DNA of 64,000 nucleotides from Nitrospirota bacterium (GTDB lineage: Bacteria > Nitrospirota > UBA9217), in contig CAWJQQ010000003.1 of NCBI GenBank assembly GCA_963845065.1, positions 160,001 through 224,000 of the forward strand, in the 5' to 3' direction. This document shows positions 9,950 through 20,406 of the stretch, piece after piece (the first letter of the stretch is position 1; each line of letters starts with the position of its first letter). Below the pieces are notes generated by a model. The model had not been told where the DNA came from. It worked only from the letters and a program-made list of their open reading frames with translations, and did no database searches. A program made the translations under genes and the position numbers.

Positions 9950-11086
9950 ATGAAAAAGATCATGATTATGTCAGGTGAAGCTTCCGGCGATCTGCATGGT
10001 GCGAACCTGGCACGGGAGATCCAGAAACAAGACCCGTCGATAGCATTGTACGGCGTCGGCAGCGCTAGGATGAAGGAGGCCGGTGTGCAGATCTTGGCCG
10101 ATGCCTCGGAGATTTCAGTAGTAGGACTAACGGAGGTGCTGACCCATATTAGCGCTATCCGCCGGGTTTACGTCACGCTGAAGAAGTTTTTGCGACACGA
10201 ACGCCCTGATTTGTTAGTTCTCATAGACTTCCCTGACTTCAATATGTTGTTGGGAAAGGCAGCGAAGAAGATAGGAATTCCAGTCTTGTATTACATCAGC
10301 CCGCAGGTGTGGGCTTGGCGCAAGGGAAGAATCAAGAAGATCGCCGATTTGGTTAAGGCCATTATTGTTGTTTTCCCCTTTGAGGTTCAGCTCTACGAGA
10401 AAGAAAGAATCGACGTCCGATTCGTGGGGCACCCGCTCATGGATGTTGTAAAATCGGATCTGACAAAGAAAGAGGCGCGAAACGATCTCGGCATTGATGT
10501 TGATCGAAGGACTGTAGCACTGCTGCCCGGGAGCAGGAAGTCCGAGATCATCCATCTATTGCCGGATATGCTAAGTGCGGCACGGATACTCTCGTCCCGT
10601 TTCCCGGACCTGCAATTCATTCTTCCCCTTGCTCCCACTCTGGATCGAGAATTTGTCCTTTCTTTCACCGATCAGGCTGGAGTTTTATTACGGATTGTAG
10701 AAGGAAGAGCATACGACGTTCTCAAAGCTTCAGATACGGCCCTAGTGGCGTCGGGTACTGCAACGCTAGAAACAGGCCTCATGGGGGTCCCAATGGTAAT
10801 CATGTATCGGGTATCTCCGTTGACATATTTCATTGGTAAACGCTTTATCGATGTTGATCACGTCGGCCTCGTTAATATCGTCGCCGGCAAGCGCATCGTA
10901 CCAGAGTTGATCCAGGATGAGGTAACACCGGGGAAAATTGCCGATGCCGTAACCTCAATGCTGACAGATAAGGCCTACTATATGCGGATTTGTGAAGACC
11001 TCACTGAAGTGAAAACGCGATTGGGTGAACCCGGTGCATCAAGGAGGGCCGCCTTGGTGGTAAGGGAGCTGCTGGAGCAAAACTGA
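9950..11086 (+). CDS. lpxB: Lipid A disaccharide synthase
   Basis: GEASGDLHGA, IDFPDFN, SPQVWAWR, FVGHPL, LLPGSRKSE, ASGTATLE. Confidence 0.96.
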   Translation: MKKIMIMSGEASGDLHGANLAREIQKQDPSIALYGVGSARMKEAGVQILADASEISVVGLTEVLTHISAIRRVYVTLKKFLRHERPDLLVLIDFPDFNMLLGKAAKKIGIPVLYYISPQVWAWRKGRIKKIADLVKAIIVVFPFEVQLYEKERIDVRFVGHPLMDVVKSDLTKKEARNDLGIDVDRRTVALLPGSRKSEIIHLLPDMLSAARILSSRFPDLQFILPLAPTLDREFVLSFTDQAGVLLRIVEGRAYDVLKASDTALVASGTATLETGLMGVPMVIMYRVSPLTYFIGKRFIDVDHVGLVNIVAGKRIVPELIQDEVTPGKIADAVTSMLTDKAYYMRICEDLTEVKTRLGEPGASRRAALVVRELLEQN

Positions 11087-11096
11087 AGAACAAATT

Positions 11097-12836
11097 ATGG
11101 AAATTTATAAAAGGCTGTTAATCTATCTCAGACCCTACAAAGCCCGAATCGGCTGGTCAGCCGTCTTTATGGTGCTTACGAGCGCTATGATTTCCGCGCA
11201 AGCCTACCTCGTCAAACCTGTTTTGGACAAGGTGATCCTGGCAAAAAATATAAAACTCGGTCTGCTGTTGCCGCCCGCACTGGTCGTTGTTACGATCTTT
11301 AAGGGCGCAGCGGCCTATGGGCGGGATTATATGATGGGGTGGACTGGGCAAAAAATTGTAAACGACATCCGCGATCAATTGTACGAGCACATCGAATCCC
11401 TGTCAGTTTCGTATTTTACCAAAACCCCGACTGGAACAATTATTTCACATCTCGTCAATGATGTAAACCTGGTTCAGGGAGCCCTTACTAGGGCGCCATC
11501 CACTCTTATCCAAGGTATACTGACCATGGCTGCGCTTATCGCGTATATCCTCTACCTCAACTGGCGGCTCGCCACATTCATGATTATCGTTTTGCCCTTT
11601 GCAGGCTTCGCCTTATCAAAGTTTAGCAAGCGGTTCAGGAAGGCCAGCACCAGCATGCAGGAACAGATGGGGGCGCTCACTACGCACCTGCACGAAACCA
11701 TTAGCGGTATCCGCATCGTGAAGGCATTCGGCATGGAGGCCTATGAGAGCAAACGTTTTAAGGAGAAGAACAACGACCTTTTTAACTCACTCATGAGTTC
11801 CATCAAGACAGGTGCAATTTCCCATCCGGTCATGGAAACCATCTCGATATTTGGAATTTCACTTGTCATCCTCTTCGGCCTCTATTACATTGCCAATGCA
11901 ACAATGACTGTGGGAGACTTTTTTTCGTTCATGGCAGCATTAGTACTTTTCTACCGGCCGCTCCGGGATCTGAACGGTACAAACAACACGGTACAAGACG
12001 GCGTAGCTGCTGCCAAACGTATATTTCATGTGCTGGATACCGAACCGGAAATTAAGAACCGGAAGGGTGCGGTCAACAGCCCTCGCGCATTTAAGACCAT
12101 CGATTTCAAGAAAATATCATTCAAATATGAGGACCAGATGATCCTGAAGGATATCGATCTTAGTGTCACAGCAGGAGAGACTGTTGCGATTGTGGGGAAG
12201 AGCGGCGGTGGGAAAACTACACTCGTGAACCTTATCCCTCGGTTCTATGACGTAAGCGGCGGGTCTATTTGCATTGATGGCCGGGACCTGCGTGACCTAT
12301 CGATAGAATCGCTTCGCTCACTGACGGCTATCGTTACCCAACAGACTATTCTGTTTAACGATACAGTGAAAGACAATATCGCTTACGGCAATACATTGCG
12401 TTCCTTCGATGATGTAGTGCAAGCGGCACGGTCCGCCTATGCAGACGGTTTCATCCAGGCCCTTCCGCTGGGGTACAATACCATCATTGGAGAATCAGGC
12501 GTCAAACTTTCAGGCGGTCAACGCCAGCGAATTGCGATCGCGCGCGCTCTGCTTAAAGATGCGCCAATTCTGATTCTTGATGAGGCGACATCGTCGCTCG
12601 ATACGCAATCGGAAAGGGAAGTTCAGAAGGCCCTCGATGCGCTCATGCAAGGCAGAACAAGTTTCGTGATCGCACACCGCCTCTCGACCATAATGAACGC
12701 CGACCGTATCATCGTGCTCAAGGACGGCAGGATAGTTGAACAGGGGAGGCACGAGGAACTTTTGTCCCATGGTGGGGAATACACAAACCTATATAAACAA
12801 CAATTTCGTGATGATTTATCGGTAAGGGCTTTGTAA
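11097..12836 (+). CDS. msbA: Lipid A-core flippase ABC transporter
   Basis: Transmembrane domain plus Walker A GKSGGGKT, LSGGQRQR, LDEATS; follows lpxB. Confidence 0.9.
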   Translation: MEIYKRLLIYLRPYKARIGWSAVFMVLTSAMISAQAYLVKPVLDKVILAKNIKLGLLLPPALVVVTIFKGAAAYGRDYMMGWTGQKIVNDIRDQLYEHIESLSVSYFTKTPTGTIISHLVNDVNLVQGALTRAPSTLIQGILTMAALIAYILYLNWRLATFMIIVLPFAGFALSKFSKRFRKASTSMQEQMGALTTHLHETISGIRIVKAFGMEAYESKRFKEKNNDLFNSLMSSIKTGAISHPVMETISIFGISLVILFGLYYIANATMTVGDFFSFMAALVLFYRPLRDLNGTNNTVQDGVAAAKRIFHVLDTEPEIKNRKGAVNSPRAFKTIDFKKISFKYEDQMILKDIDLSVTAGETVAIVGKSGGGKTTLVNLIPRFYDVSGGSICIDGRDLRDLSIESLRSLTAIVTQQTILFNDTVKDNIAYGNTLRSFDDVVQAARSAYADGFIQALPLGYNTIIGESGVKLSGGQRQRIAIARALLKDAPILILDEATSSLDTQSEREVQKALDALMQGRTSFVIAHRLSTIMNADRIIVLKDGRIVEQGRHEELLSHGGEYTNLYKQQFRDDLSVRAL

Positions 12837-13491
12837 TGTTCAAGGCCTTACTCTCGTAGCTCATTGGTTCGATCATTCTAACAGTATGGAACCGGATCTT
12901 TTTTTGATTGCAATTCATAAACTAGGAAATACATAATCAGTTTGTATCTGAAGGGGAAAATGTACTTTATGCATTCTGGCAGGTAAAACAAGTTCTGATG
13001 TACCACAATTATTGCTATTCGGGTATCATCCCTGTCAGTGAAAGCCGTGATGGGAGATTTAGATTTATCCTCAAGCCTTTCGGGTTAGAGACTGTTAGGA
13101 GATCGAGCAGGCGGAAGGGCGATTGCGCGCTCATCGGGATTGCTGACAGCCTGAGAAAAAGCAAGAATGTCGCATTTGCCGTTGATGGTCCAAGCGGTCC
13201 GATTTACGCGTTGAAACAGAGCATTACCTATCTGGCGGGAAAACTGAATAAGCCGATTGTACCGGTATTGTACCGGTAAGCACTAGTTCTAAACGTTATT
13301 GTATCCTCGAAAAAGGAAGGAATAGGTATCGGCTTCCCGCGACGTTAACGATCGGAGTCGTAGTCTTTTGAGAGCCGGTCACGGTATCTGAGATCTCGGA
13401 AGACCACCTTCAAACTAAATGGCAAGAATTAGAAGCGTCACTAAATAAACTCATGATCCAGGCGGACGATTACTTCAAAGCTCAATCATGA
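12836..13491 (+). pseudogene. Decayed DUF374 / lysophospholipid acyltransferase family (LpxJ-like) gene
   Basis: ATG overlaps the msbA stop; in-frame stops at codons 8, 24 and 30; retains NVLYAFW, SESRDG, VRRSSRRKG, VDGPSGP, KPIVP; further stops and frameshift in the 3' part, ending ...ADDYFKAQS*. Confidence 0.8.
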
Positions 13492-13500
13492 GGTAAATTT

Positions 13501-14763
13501 ATGTATATTCTCTACAATATATTTTTGGTTCTAGCGACCATCCTTTTGTCGCCGATAATACTTTTAAAGCTGATAACCGTGCCAAAGTATCGGGGTGGCC
13601 TGACCCAGAAACTCGGCCGTATTCGCAAGAGTGTTATGAATGTGATCAAAGGTACGCGCCCAATATGGGTGCATGCCGTGTCCGTCGGTGAAGTGATGGC
13701 TGCTCATCCGCTCATTCGTGAGCTTAAGAAAAAATATCCCCAAAAAAAGCTTATTCTCTCCACCGTCACGGTTACCGGACATTACACTGCTCGGCGCAGG
13801 GTGCCAGAAGCGGATGCCGTTTTCTATTTTCCCTTCGACTACCCCTGTATCGTACGAAAGGTCATTACCGGCATCAATCCTGAGCTTGTGTTGATCGCTG
13901 AAACAGAACTTTGGCCGAATTTCTTCCGGGAGTTGAAACGGGCGGGCATCCCCTCAGCTGTGATCAATGGAAGGATATCACCTCATTCCTATAAGAACTA
14001 CATGAAGTTCAAGAAATTATTCAACGCCGTCTTTGACTATATCACCCTTTTCTGCATGCAGTCTGAAGAGGACGCCCTGAGGATCAAGGACATTGGCGCC
14101 GCTCCGGAAAAAGTTTTTGTTACCGGCAATCTTAAGTTTGATCAAAAAATAACGATTGCACAGTCAAATCCGATAACAATTCCTGCAGGCAGAAAAGTCA
14201 TTACTGCAGGAAGTACCCACAGAGGAGAAGAAGCGGTCCTACTCGAAATATTTACTCGGCTGCGCGAAAAGTATCCGACACTTATATTAATTATCGCGCC
14301 GCGTCATCCGGAACGGTTTGACGAAGTAGAAGGCATAATCAACAGCGCTGGTTATGAGTGCCAGAGGCGGACCCGTTTGGGCGGCCCGATTAGAGATGTT
14401 CTGCTCCTCGATACGATAGGCGAACTCCGTACCTTCTATGCAATCTGCGACATTGCCTTTGTCGGAGGTAGCCTCGTCAAGGTAGGTGGACACAACCTTC
14501 TCGAACCCGCAGCAATGAAAAAGCCCGTTATCTTCAGCCGGTACATGTTCAACTTCAAGGAAATATCGGAAGCGCTCATATCATCAGGCGGCGGCATCAT
14601 GGTAAAAGACAAGGGTGAACTGCATGCACAACTCGATGCTCTATTGTCCGACCAGGAAAGAGCTCAGCATCTAGGTGAGTGTGCCTTCAAAGTGATAGAA
14701 GCCAACTCGGGTGCTGCGAAGAAAACCATAGACACCATCGGCAGGTTGATCGTTGCGCGTTAA
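13501..14763 (+). CDS. waaA: Kdo transferase
   Basis: IWVHAVSVGE, ETELWPN, TGNLKFD, APRHPERF, GGHNLLEPA. Confidence 0.96.
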   Translation: MYILYNIFLVLATILLSPIILLKLITVPKYRGGLTQKLGRIRKSVMNVIKGTRPIWVHAVSVGEVMAAHPLIRELKKKYPQKKLILSTVTVTGHYTARRRVPEADAVFYFPFDYPCIVRKVITGINPELVLIAETELWPNFFRELKRAGIPSAVINGRISPHSYKNYMKFKKLFNAVFDYITLFCMQSEEDALRIKDIGAAPEKVFVTGNLKFDQKITIAQSNPITIPAGRKVITAGSTHRGEEAVLLEIFTRLREKYPTLILIIAPRHPERFDEVEGIINSAGYECQRRTRLGGPIRDVLLLDTIGELRTFYAICDIAFVGGSLVKVGGHNLLEPAAMKKPVIFSRYMFNFKEISEALISSGGGIMVKDKGELHAQLDALLSDQERAQHLGECAFKVIEANSGAAKKTIDTIGRLIVAR

Positions 14764-15826
14764 ATCGTATGTCGAAGATTTGATGTATGGCAGAAAACAT
14801 TCGCATTTGCTGAGTGCTGTTCTCATTGCCTTTTCTCTAATATACGGGCTTGCAGTCCTTATACGCGAACTATTATATTGGCTGCACCTGCTAAAAGTCA
14901 ATAAACTCCCCTGCTTGGTAATCTCCATTGGCAACATAACGCTGGGCGGTACCGGGAAAACGCCTATGGTCATTTCTGTGGCAAGATTTTTGGTTCGCAA
15001 TCAGAAACAACCGCTGGTGGTGAGTCGCGGTTATGGAAGGCAAAAAGAATCAAAGGTTTTGGCTGTCTCTGATGGCCGCTCTATTCTGGTTAATACCCGT
15101 ATGGGCGGTGATGAGCCGGTCCTTATCGCTTCAAGACTTCCAGGCGTACCCGTTATTGTAGGGCGCGACCGGTATCAAACTGCACTGTATGGCATTAGGA
15201 AATATCATAGCACTATAGTTATCCTTGACGATGGTTTTCAACATCGCGGCCTCAGAAGAACTGCCGATATTGTGCTCGTGGACGCAACAGACCCCTTTGG
15301 CAACGGGAAATTATTTCCTGCCGGCATTTTGCGGGAACGGATTGCAGCTCTTAAGCGCGCCCAGGCAATAGTGATCACCCGGATTGACCAGGTAGTGGAC
15401 AAAGAAGAACTCAAAACAAAAATTAAACGCATCACGTTGGCGCCAATATTTACATCATATCATCAACCAATAGACTTGGTGGAGTGCTCCACGGGCGATG
15501 TAAAGTCGCTTGTGGTCTTGCGAGATGCACGAGCTTTCGTTTTTTCCGGTATTGCCCGGCCGTCATCATTTACAAATATGCTAGTCTCGCTCGGTGTGAA
15601 CGTCGCAGTCAAACGTGCTTTTCCAGATCATTATGAATACCAGAAAACAGACCTGGCCTCCATCTATGAAAAGGCAACTGATGCGCGAGTAAATATGATA
15701 ATCACGACTGAAAAGGATATGATGCGGATCAAAAACCTAAAACCTGACGGCATCTGGGCACTTCGCATTGACCTTGCAATATATGAGCGTGAAGAATGGG
15801 AGCAGTTTCTTGCGAGGTTGGTATGA
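14753..15826 (+). CDS. lpxK: Tetraacyldisaccharide 4'-kinase
   Basis: IGNITLGGTGKTP, SRGYG, GDEP, LDDGFQH, FPDHY, TTEKD. Confidence 0.95.
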   Translation: MRVKSYVEDLMYGRKHSHLLSAVLIAFSLIYGLAVLIRELLYWLHLLKVNKLPCLVISIGNITLGGTGKTPMVISVARFLVRNQKQPLVVSRGYGRQKESKVLAVSDGRSILVNTRMGGDEPVLIASRLPGVPVIVGRDRYQTALYGIRKYHSTIVILDDGFQHRGLRRTADIVLVDATDPFGNGKLFPAGILRERIAALKRAQAIVITRIDQVVDKEELKTKIKRITLAPIFTSYHQPIDLVECSTGDVKSLVVLRDARAFVFSGIARPSSFTNMLVSLGVNVAVKRAFPDHYEYQKTDLASIYEKATDARVNMIITTEKDMMRIKNLKPDGIWALRIDLAIYEREEWEQFLARLV

Positions 15827-16407
15827 ATAAAGCTGTTTTTCTTGACCGAGATGGTACGGTGAACGAAGAAGTGGGATACTTACGCAATATTGCAGATCTT
15901 CGATTGATACCTGGTGCAAGTGCGGCGATAAAACTTCTAAACGATTCAGGAATGAGGGTTGTCCTTGTGACAAATCAGTCGGGTATTGCACGAGGATATC
16001 TTTCAGAATCGCTGCTTCATAAAATTCATGACCGACTTGAACAGATGCTGCGTGAAGAAGGAGCGAGGCTTGACGCTATTTATTACTGTCCTCACCATCC
16101 TTCTGCTGGCAGTTCGAACTATACCAAAGAATGTGACTGCAGGAAGCCCGGGACAGGCCTTATCGACAGGGCTGCACGCGATTTAGAAATTGATGTCAAG
16201 CAATCCTTTGTCGTGGGGGACAAATGGAGTGACGTGGAACTAGGCCAGCGAGCAGGAGCGCACTCCATTCTTGTTAAGAGGGCTTACGGGTCCACAGATG
16301 AAGAAAGTTTACGGCCACCTCATCTCGTTGAGCCCGATTTCACCGCCCATACCATCAGCGAAGCGGTTGACTGGATCATCAAACAGGTTGGAAGAAGCAA
16401 CGGATGA
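15823..16407 (+). CDS. gmhB: D-glycero-D-manno-heptose 1,7-bisphosphate phosphatase (HAD family)
   Basis: FLDRDGT, VTNQSGIARG, CPHHP, CDCRKP, VGDK; ATGA overlap with lpxK. Confidence 0.92.
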   Translation: MNKAVFLDRDGTVNEEVGYLRNIADLRLIPGASAAIKLLNDSGMRVVLVTNQSGIARGYLSESLLHKIHDRLEQMLREEGARLDAIYYCPHHPSAGSSNYTKECDCRKPGTGLIDRAARDLEIDVKQSFVVGDKWSDVELGQRAGAHSILVKRAYGSTDEESLRPPHLVEPDFTAHTISEAVDWIIKQVGRSNG

Positions 16408-17495
16408 AGCCCGCGACGGAAAGCATTCTCGTTATGCGATACCGGTTTATCGGCGACACAGTGCTAACAATACCGTTTCTGCGGAATCTGCGTCATGCTG
16501 AGCCAAAGGCACATATTGCATGGATGGTGGCACCCGGCGCGTCAGACATTGTGAAAGGGATTCCCTATGTCAACGAAATGATTTATTGGGACCCAGTAAC
16601 CATTCATGCTGACAGCCGTGGGAGCCACCACACCATCTTCTCGAAAGTTGCATTTATTAAAGACCTCCGTCGTCATCATTTTGATAAGATCTACGTACTC
16701 AAGCGTTCGCTCTCGAGCGCGCTTATCGCGTGGCTAAGCGGCGCTCCTAAACGAATAGGATTCGATACTGAGGGTAGGGGAGTGTTATTGACGACAAGGG
16801 TCCCTTACCGACATGATCAACATGAGGTGAAAAACTTTCTTGATGTTTTAAAAGCAGATGGAATAAACGTAAAAGACGATTTTCTTGAGATTTGGACTAG
16901 TCCTGAAGAAGAGGAGCGCATTGCACGAGTACTGGCTGATGCTGGAATTACTACTTTCAACCGAATTGCAGCAATTCATCCGTTTTCCGCAGTGACGCAG
17001 CGCGGGTGGCCTCTAGAAAATTATGCTGCGTTGACGACGAGACTCAGAAAAGAGGGAAATTTCCGTACTATTATCATTGGCGGCCCGGGGGATGTCGAGG
17101 CATTTGCTAAAGTAAAGCATATGTTCGGGGACAATATCATCGATCTTGTCGGAAAATGCAACTTGCGCGATACGATAGCGCTCTTACTGCGGTGTTCTTT
17201 GTTTGTAGGAAACGATAGTGGCATTATGCATCTTGCTGCTGCAGCTGGTACTCCACTCGTAGCACTTTTCGGACCGCAGTCGCCGGTTAAATTCGGCCCT
17301 TGGAGCGCAAGATCTAAAGTCATCTATAAGGGCATGGCATGCTCGCCGTGCAGACAGAAGTTTTTTTCCGAATGCGAACCGTCAGTGCGCATGAGACCTG
17401 CATGCATGGAATCCATTTCGGTAGATGAAGTACTTCAAGAGAGCGTTAGAATTTCTGGTTCAGCGTTCAATGAATCTTTGATCCAATCTGAATAA
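16404..17495 (+). CDS. waaF: GT9 LPS heptosyltransferase (WaaF-like)
   Basis: IGDTVLTIP, GNDSGIMHLAAA, LVALFGP, CSPC...C...CM. Confidence 0.8.
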   Translation: MKPATESILVMRYRFIGDTVLTIPFLRNLRHAEPKAHIAWMVAPGASDIVKGIPYVNEMIYWDPVTIHADSRGSHHTIFSKVAFIKDLRRHHFDKIYVLKRSLSSALIAWLSGAPKRIGFDTEGRGVLLTTRVPYRHDQHEVKNFLDVLKADGINVKDDFLEIWTSPEEEERIARVLADAGITTFNRIAAIHPFSAVTQRGWPLENYAALTTRLRKEGNFRTIIIGGPGDVEAFAKVKHMFGDNIIDLVGKCNLRDTIALLLRCSLFVGNDSGIMHLAAAAGTPLVALFGPQSPVKFGPWSARSKVIYKGMACSPCRQKFFSECEPSVRMRPACMESISVDEVLQESVRISGSAFNESLIQSE

Positions 17496-17598
17496 ATATG
17501 AGTCTTGCTCAGCAAAATCCGCTATCTTCGGATCATGATGAAATAAAATAGGTAGAAAGGATCACATCTACGATTTATTAATAAACGGGGCGATAGGA

Positions 17599-18375
17599 AT
17601 GGCAATTAATAAAACGAAAATATCTGTCACCGTCCGGACCTTCAATGAAGAGAAAAACCTGAAGGAGTGCCTGGAAAGCGTTACTTGGGCAGATGAGATC
17701 GTTGTCATCGATTCTAAGAGCACTGACAGTACTGTTGCGATCGCAAGAGAGTTCACAAACAAGGTTGTTATTCAGGAATGGCTTGGACATATCGGACAAA
17801 GCCAATTTGCAACTGACCAGACAAAAAACATATGGGTGCTGCACATGGATGCAGACGAACGCGTGTCCACGGGGCTTCGGGACGAGATCCTATCTCTGGA
17901 TTTGGACAACAGTATTTGTGATGCTTATGAGATGCCGCGACGTCATTTTTTTATGCAGCGGTGGATTAACCATTCAGCCTGGTTCCCAGATTATAAGATC
18001 CGCCTATTTCGCAAGGACCGGTGCAAATGGGGAGGATATGCGCCTCATGATGAGGTAAAAGTAAAAGGTCTTAAAGAAAAACTCAAAAATGAAATATATC
18101 ATTATATTTATATCGATGTAGCTCATTTTGCGGCTACAAAAAATAGGTACTCGTCTCTTACCGCTGAAGACCATTTTAAAAATGGAAGAAGAGCACGCAT
18201 AATCGATTTTACTTTGCGGCCACTCTACGCTTTTCTTTACCGCTTTCTCATACGATTGGGAATTGCAGACGGGATTCCTGGGTTTACCATATCCGTTATG
18301 GAAGCCCATTCTGTCTTCATGAAGTATATTAAGTTATATGAGATTCAAAACAAGCTGCGGAGATTTGAGAAGTAG
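17599..18375 (+). CDS. GT2 beta-1,4-glucosyltransferase-like (KdtX/LgtF family), LPS core
   Basis: NEEKNL, DSKSTDST, DADER, RLFR. Confidence 0.85.
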   Translation: MAINKTKISVTVRTFNEEKNLKECLESVTWADEIVVIDSKSTDSTVAIAREFTNKVVIQEWLGHIGQSQFATDQTKNIWVLHMDADERVSTGLRDEILSLDLDNSICDAYEMPRRHFFMQRWINHSAWFPDYKIRLFRKDRCKWGGYAPHDEVKVKGLKEKLKNEIYHYIYIDVAHFAATKNRYSSLTAEDHFKNGRRARIIDFTLRPLYAFLYRFLIRLGIADGIPGFTISVMEAHSVFMKYIKLYEIQNKLRRFEK

Positions 18376-18388
18376 CAAGAGGGATGTA

Positions 18389-19498
18389 ATGAAAATTGCC
18401 TTCGCGCATATGTACACTTTGCGCAATCCGCGTGGGATAGAGCGTTTCATCATCAACGTTGCAAACGGTCTGGCAAAAAAAGGGCACGATCTGACGCTTA
18501 TTACCGGTAGGTGCGCGCAGCCGGTAACGCGGGAATGGATTGATGAACGTGTGCGTGTCTACGAAATCTATCATCATAACTGGCACAAGCTCTCGTTTAT
18601 ACCAGGGTTTATGCATGCTTTTCTGACCGCTGACTACGATATCATAAACCTATCTATCGCGCGCGGCGAAGGATATGCAGCAGGTCTAGCTCATTTACTA
18701 AAGAAATTTCGTTATAACATCGTTTTCCAATATCCCTTTGAAGAGCATGAGAAGCATTTCAATGCCTTCAAAAAATTTGGAACTGCGAAGTATGCAGATA
18801 AACTCGTTGCAGCAAGCACCTATATTGCGCAGGGTGTGGAACGCTGTTTCAATCGACCGGCTATTACGATCCCGAACGGCGTAGACCCAGACATGTTCCA
18901 TCCTAATATCTCACGTCGCATTGAAATGCGGAAAAAACTTAAGATTCCAGAAAAAGCACCAGTCATTATTACGGTTGCGGCCCTTCAGGGCCGTAAAGGA
19001 ATCAGCAAAGTATTGGATGCCATAAGTCTTCTGAAAAAATCTTTTTCCGATATACGGTACATCGTATGCGGCGATGGTAACGAAAAAGATCGGGACTCGT
19101 TTCTCGGGAAAATTAGGTCTTCGGGCCTCGAACAAAACGTACTGTTCATGGGAAACCAGAAAGACGTGTCCGGATTTTACAATGCTGCAGACCTGTTTGT
19201 ATTCTTTCCTGAGTTCGAAGGATTCGGTATCGTGGTTATTGAGGCTATGGCAAGCGAACTGCCTGTTGTTGTATCGCAGGGGAGTGCCTTCCCCGAGATA
19301 CTCTCACAAGGAGGCGGTTTGATTGTTGACCCGTCTTCGCCTGCTTCCGTAGCAGAAGAAATCCAGGCGCTACTTCTCAGCCCAAGCCGCATGAAGCATC
19401 TCGGCATCGAGGGACGCGAATCGGTTTTAAGAAAATATTCCTGGGATGCGGTTACAGCACAATTTGAACAACTTTTTGAACACCAATTGAAAACGTAG
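18389..19498 (+). CDS. GT4 glycosyltransferase
   Basis: GIER, IPNGVD, EGFGIVVIEAMA; likely ATG 18389. Confidence 0.88.
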   Translation: MKIAFAHMYTLRNPRGIERFIINVANGLAKKGHDLTLITGRCAQPVTREWIDERVRVYEIYHHNWHKLSFIPGFMHAFLTADYDIINLSIARGEGYAAGLAHLLKKFRYNIVFQYPFEEHEKHFNAFKKFGTAKYADKLVAASTYIAQGVERCFNRPAITIPNGVDPDMFHPNISRRIEMRKKLKIPEKAPVIITVAALQGRKGISKVLDAISLLKKSFSDIRYIVCGDGNEKDRDSFLGKIRSSGLEQNVLFMGNQKDVSGFYNAADLFVFFPEFEGFGIVVIEAMASELPVVVSQGSAFPEILSQGGGLIVDPSSPASVAEEIQALLLSPSRMKHLGIEGRESVLRKYSWDAVTAQFEQLFEHQLKT

Positions 19499-19531
19499 CT
19501 TTTTTTGGAGTATGAAGCGAGGTAACCTTGT

Positions 19532-20374
19532 ATGGCTGATAGACTGAAAATATCCGCTGTGGTCATCACGTTCAACGAGGAAAGAAAAATTGAACGGTGC
19601 CTTAGAAGCCTCTGCTGGGCCGATGAAATCATTGTTGTGGACTCATTTAGCACAGATCGCACTTTAGAGATATGCAAGCGATTCACAAGCAAAGTCTATC
19701 AACATCCTTGGCCGCATAGCTCGTCGCAACAGCGAAATATCGCAGACCGCTATGCAGCGAACGACTGGATATTAGCGCTCGACGCGGACGAGGTCGCTAC
19801 CATTGGCTTGCGCGACGAAATTGACGAGGTGTTCACAAATGGCCCTCGTGCCGATCTTTTTATGATCCCACGAAGAGAATATTTCGCAGGAAAGTGGATC
19901 AAAGCAGGCGCTTGGTATCCCCAGTACAAAACTAACCTATACCGCAAATCTCTGGGCATGTGGGAAGGCCCGATACATCTCAAGGTAATTACGCGCGGTA
20001 CGACGGCGTATCTAGAACAGCCTATTCTCCATGACGGATATGTAAGCTTCAGGGCGTTTATGGATAAATTCAACTATTATAGCTCTATCGAAGCAGAAGG
20101 CGACTACAGCGAGCTTCACAAACGGTTTAACTTGATGAGGGCGTTGTTTAAGCCGTGGGAGCGTTTTTTTGGAAGATTTATCATCCACCAGGGGTACCAG
20201 GATGGCATCCATGGCTTCTTCCTTGCTGCCGTAATCGCGTTCAATTATTTTCTACGTGAATTAAAACTATATGAACACAGCTACAAAGATAAACAGAGAG
20301 ACGGTTGGGATCGTGAATATGAGAAATTTGCGGTCAAAGGCAATCCTGATTCCATACAGGAAGAAACAAAATAA
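19532..20374 (+). CDS. GT2 glycosyltransferase (KdtX/LgtF-like)
   Basis: ITFNEE, VDSFSTDRT, LDADE, GYQDGIHG. Confidence 0.85.
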   Translation: MADRLKISAVVITFNEERKIERCLRSLCWADEIIVVDSFSTDRTLEICKRFTSKVYQHPWPHSSSQQRNIADRYAANDWILALDADEVATIGLRDEIDEVFTNGPRADLFMIPRREYFAGKWIKAGAWYPQYKTNLYRKSLGMWEGPIHLKVITRGTTAYLEQPILHDGYVSFRAFMDKFNYYSSIEAEGDYSELHKRFNLMRALFKPWERFFGRFIIHQGYQDGIHGFFLAAVIAFNYFLRELKLYEHSYKDKQRDGWDREYEKFAVKGNPDSIQEETK

Positions 20375-20406
20375 TTGAATTATTATTGACTCATCTGCAT
20401 TACCTC

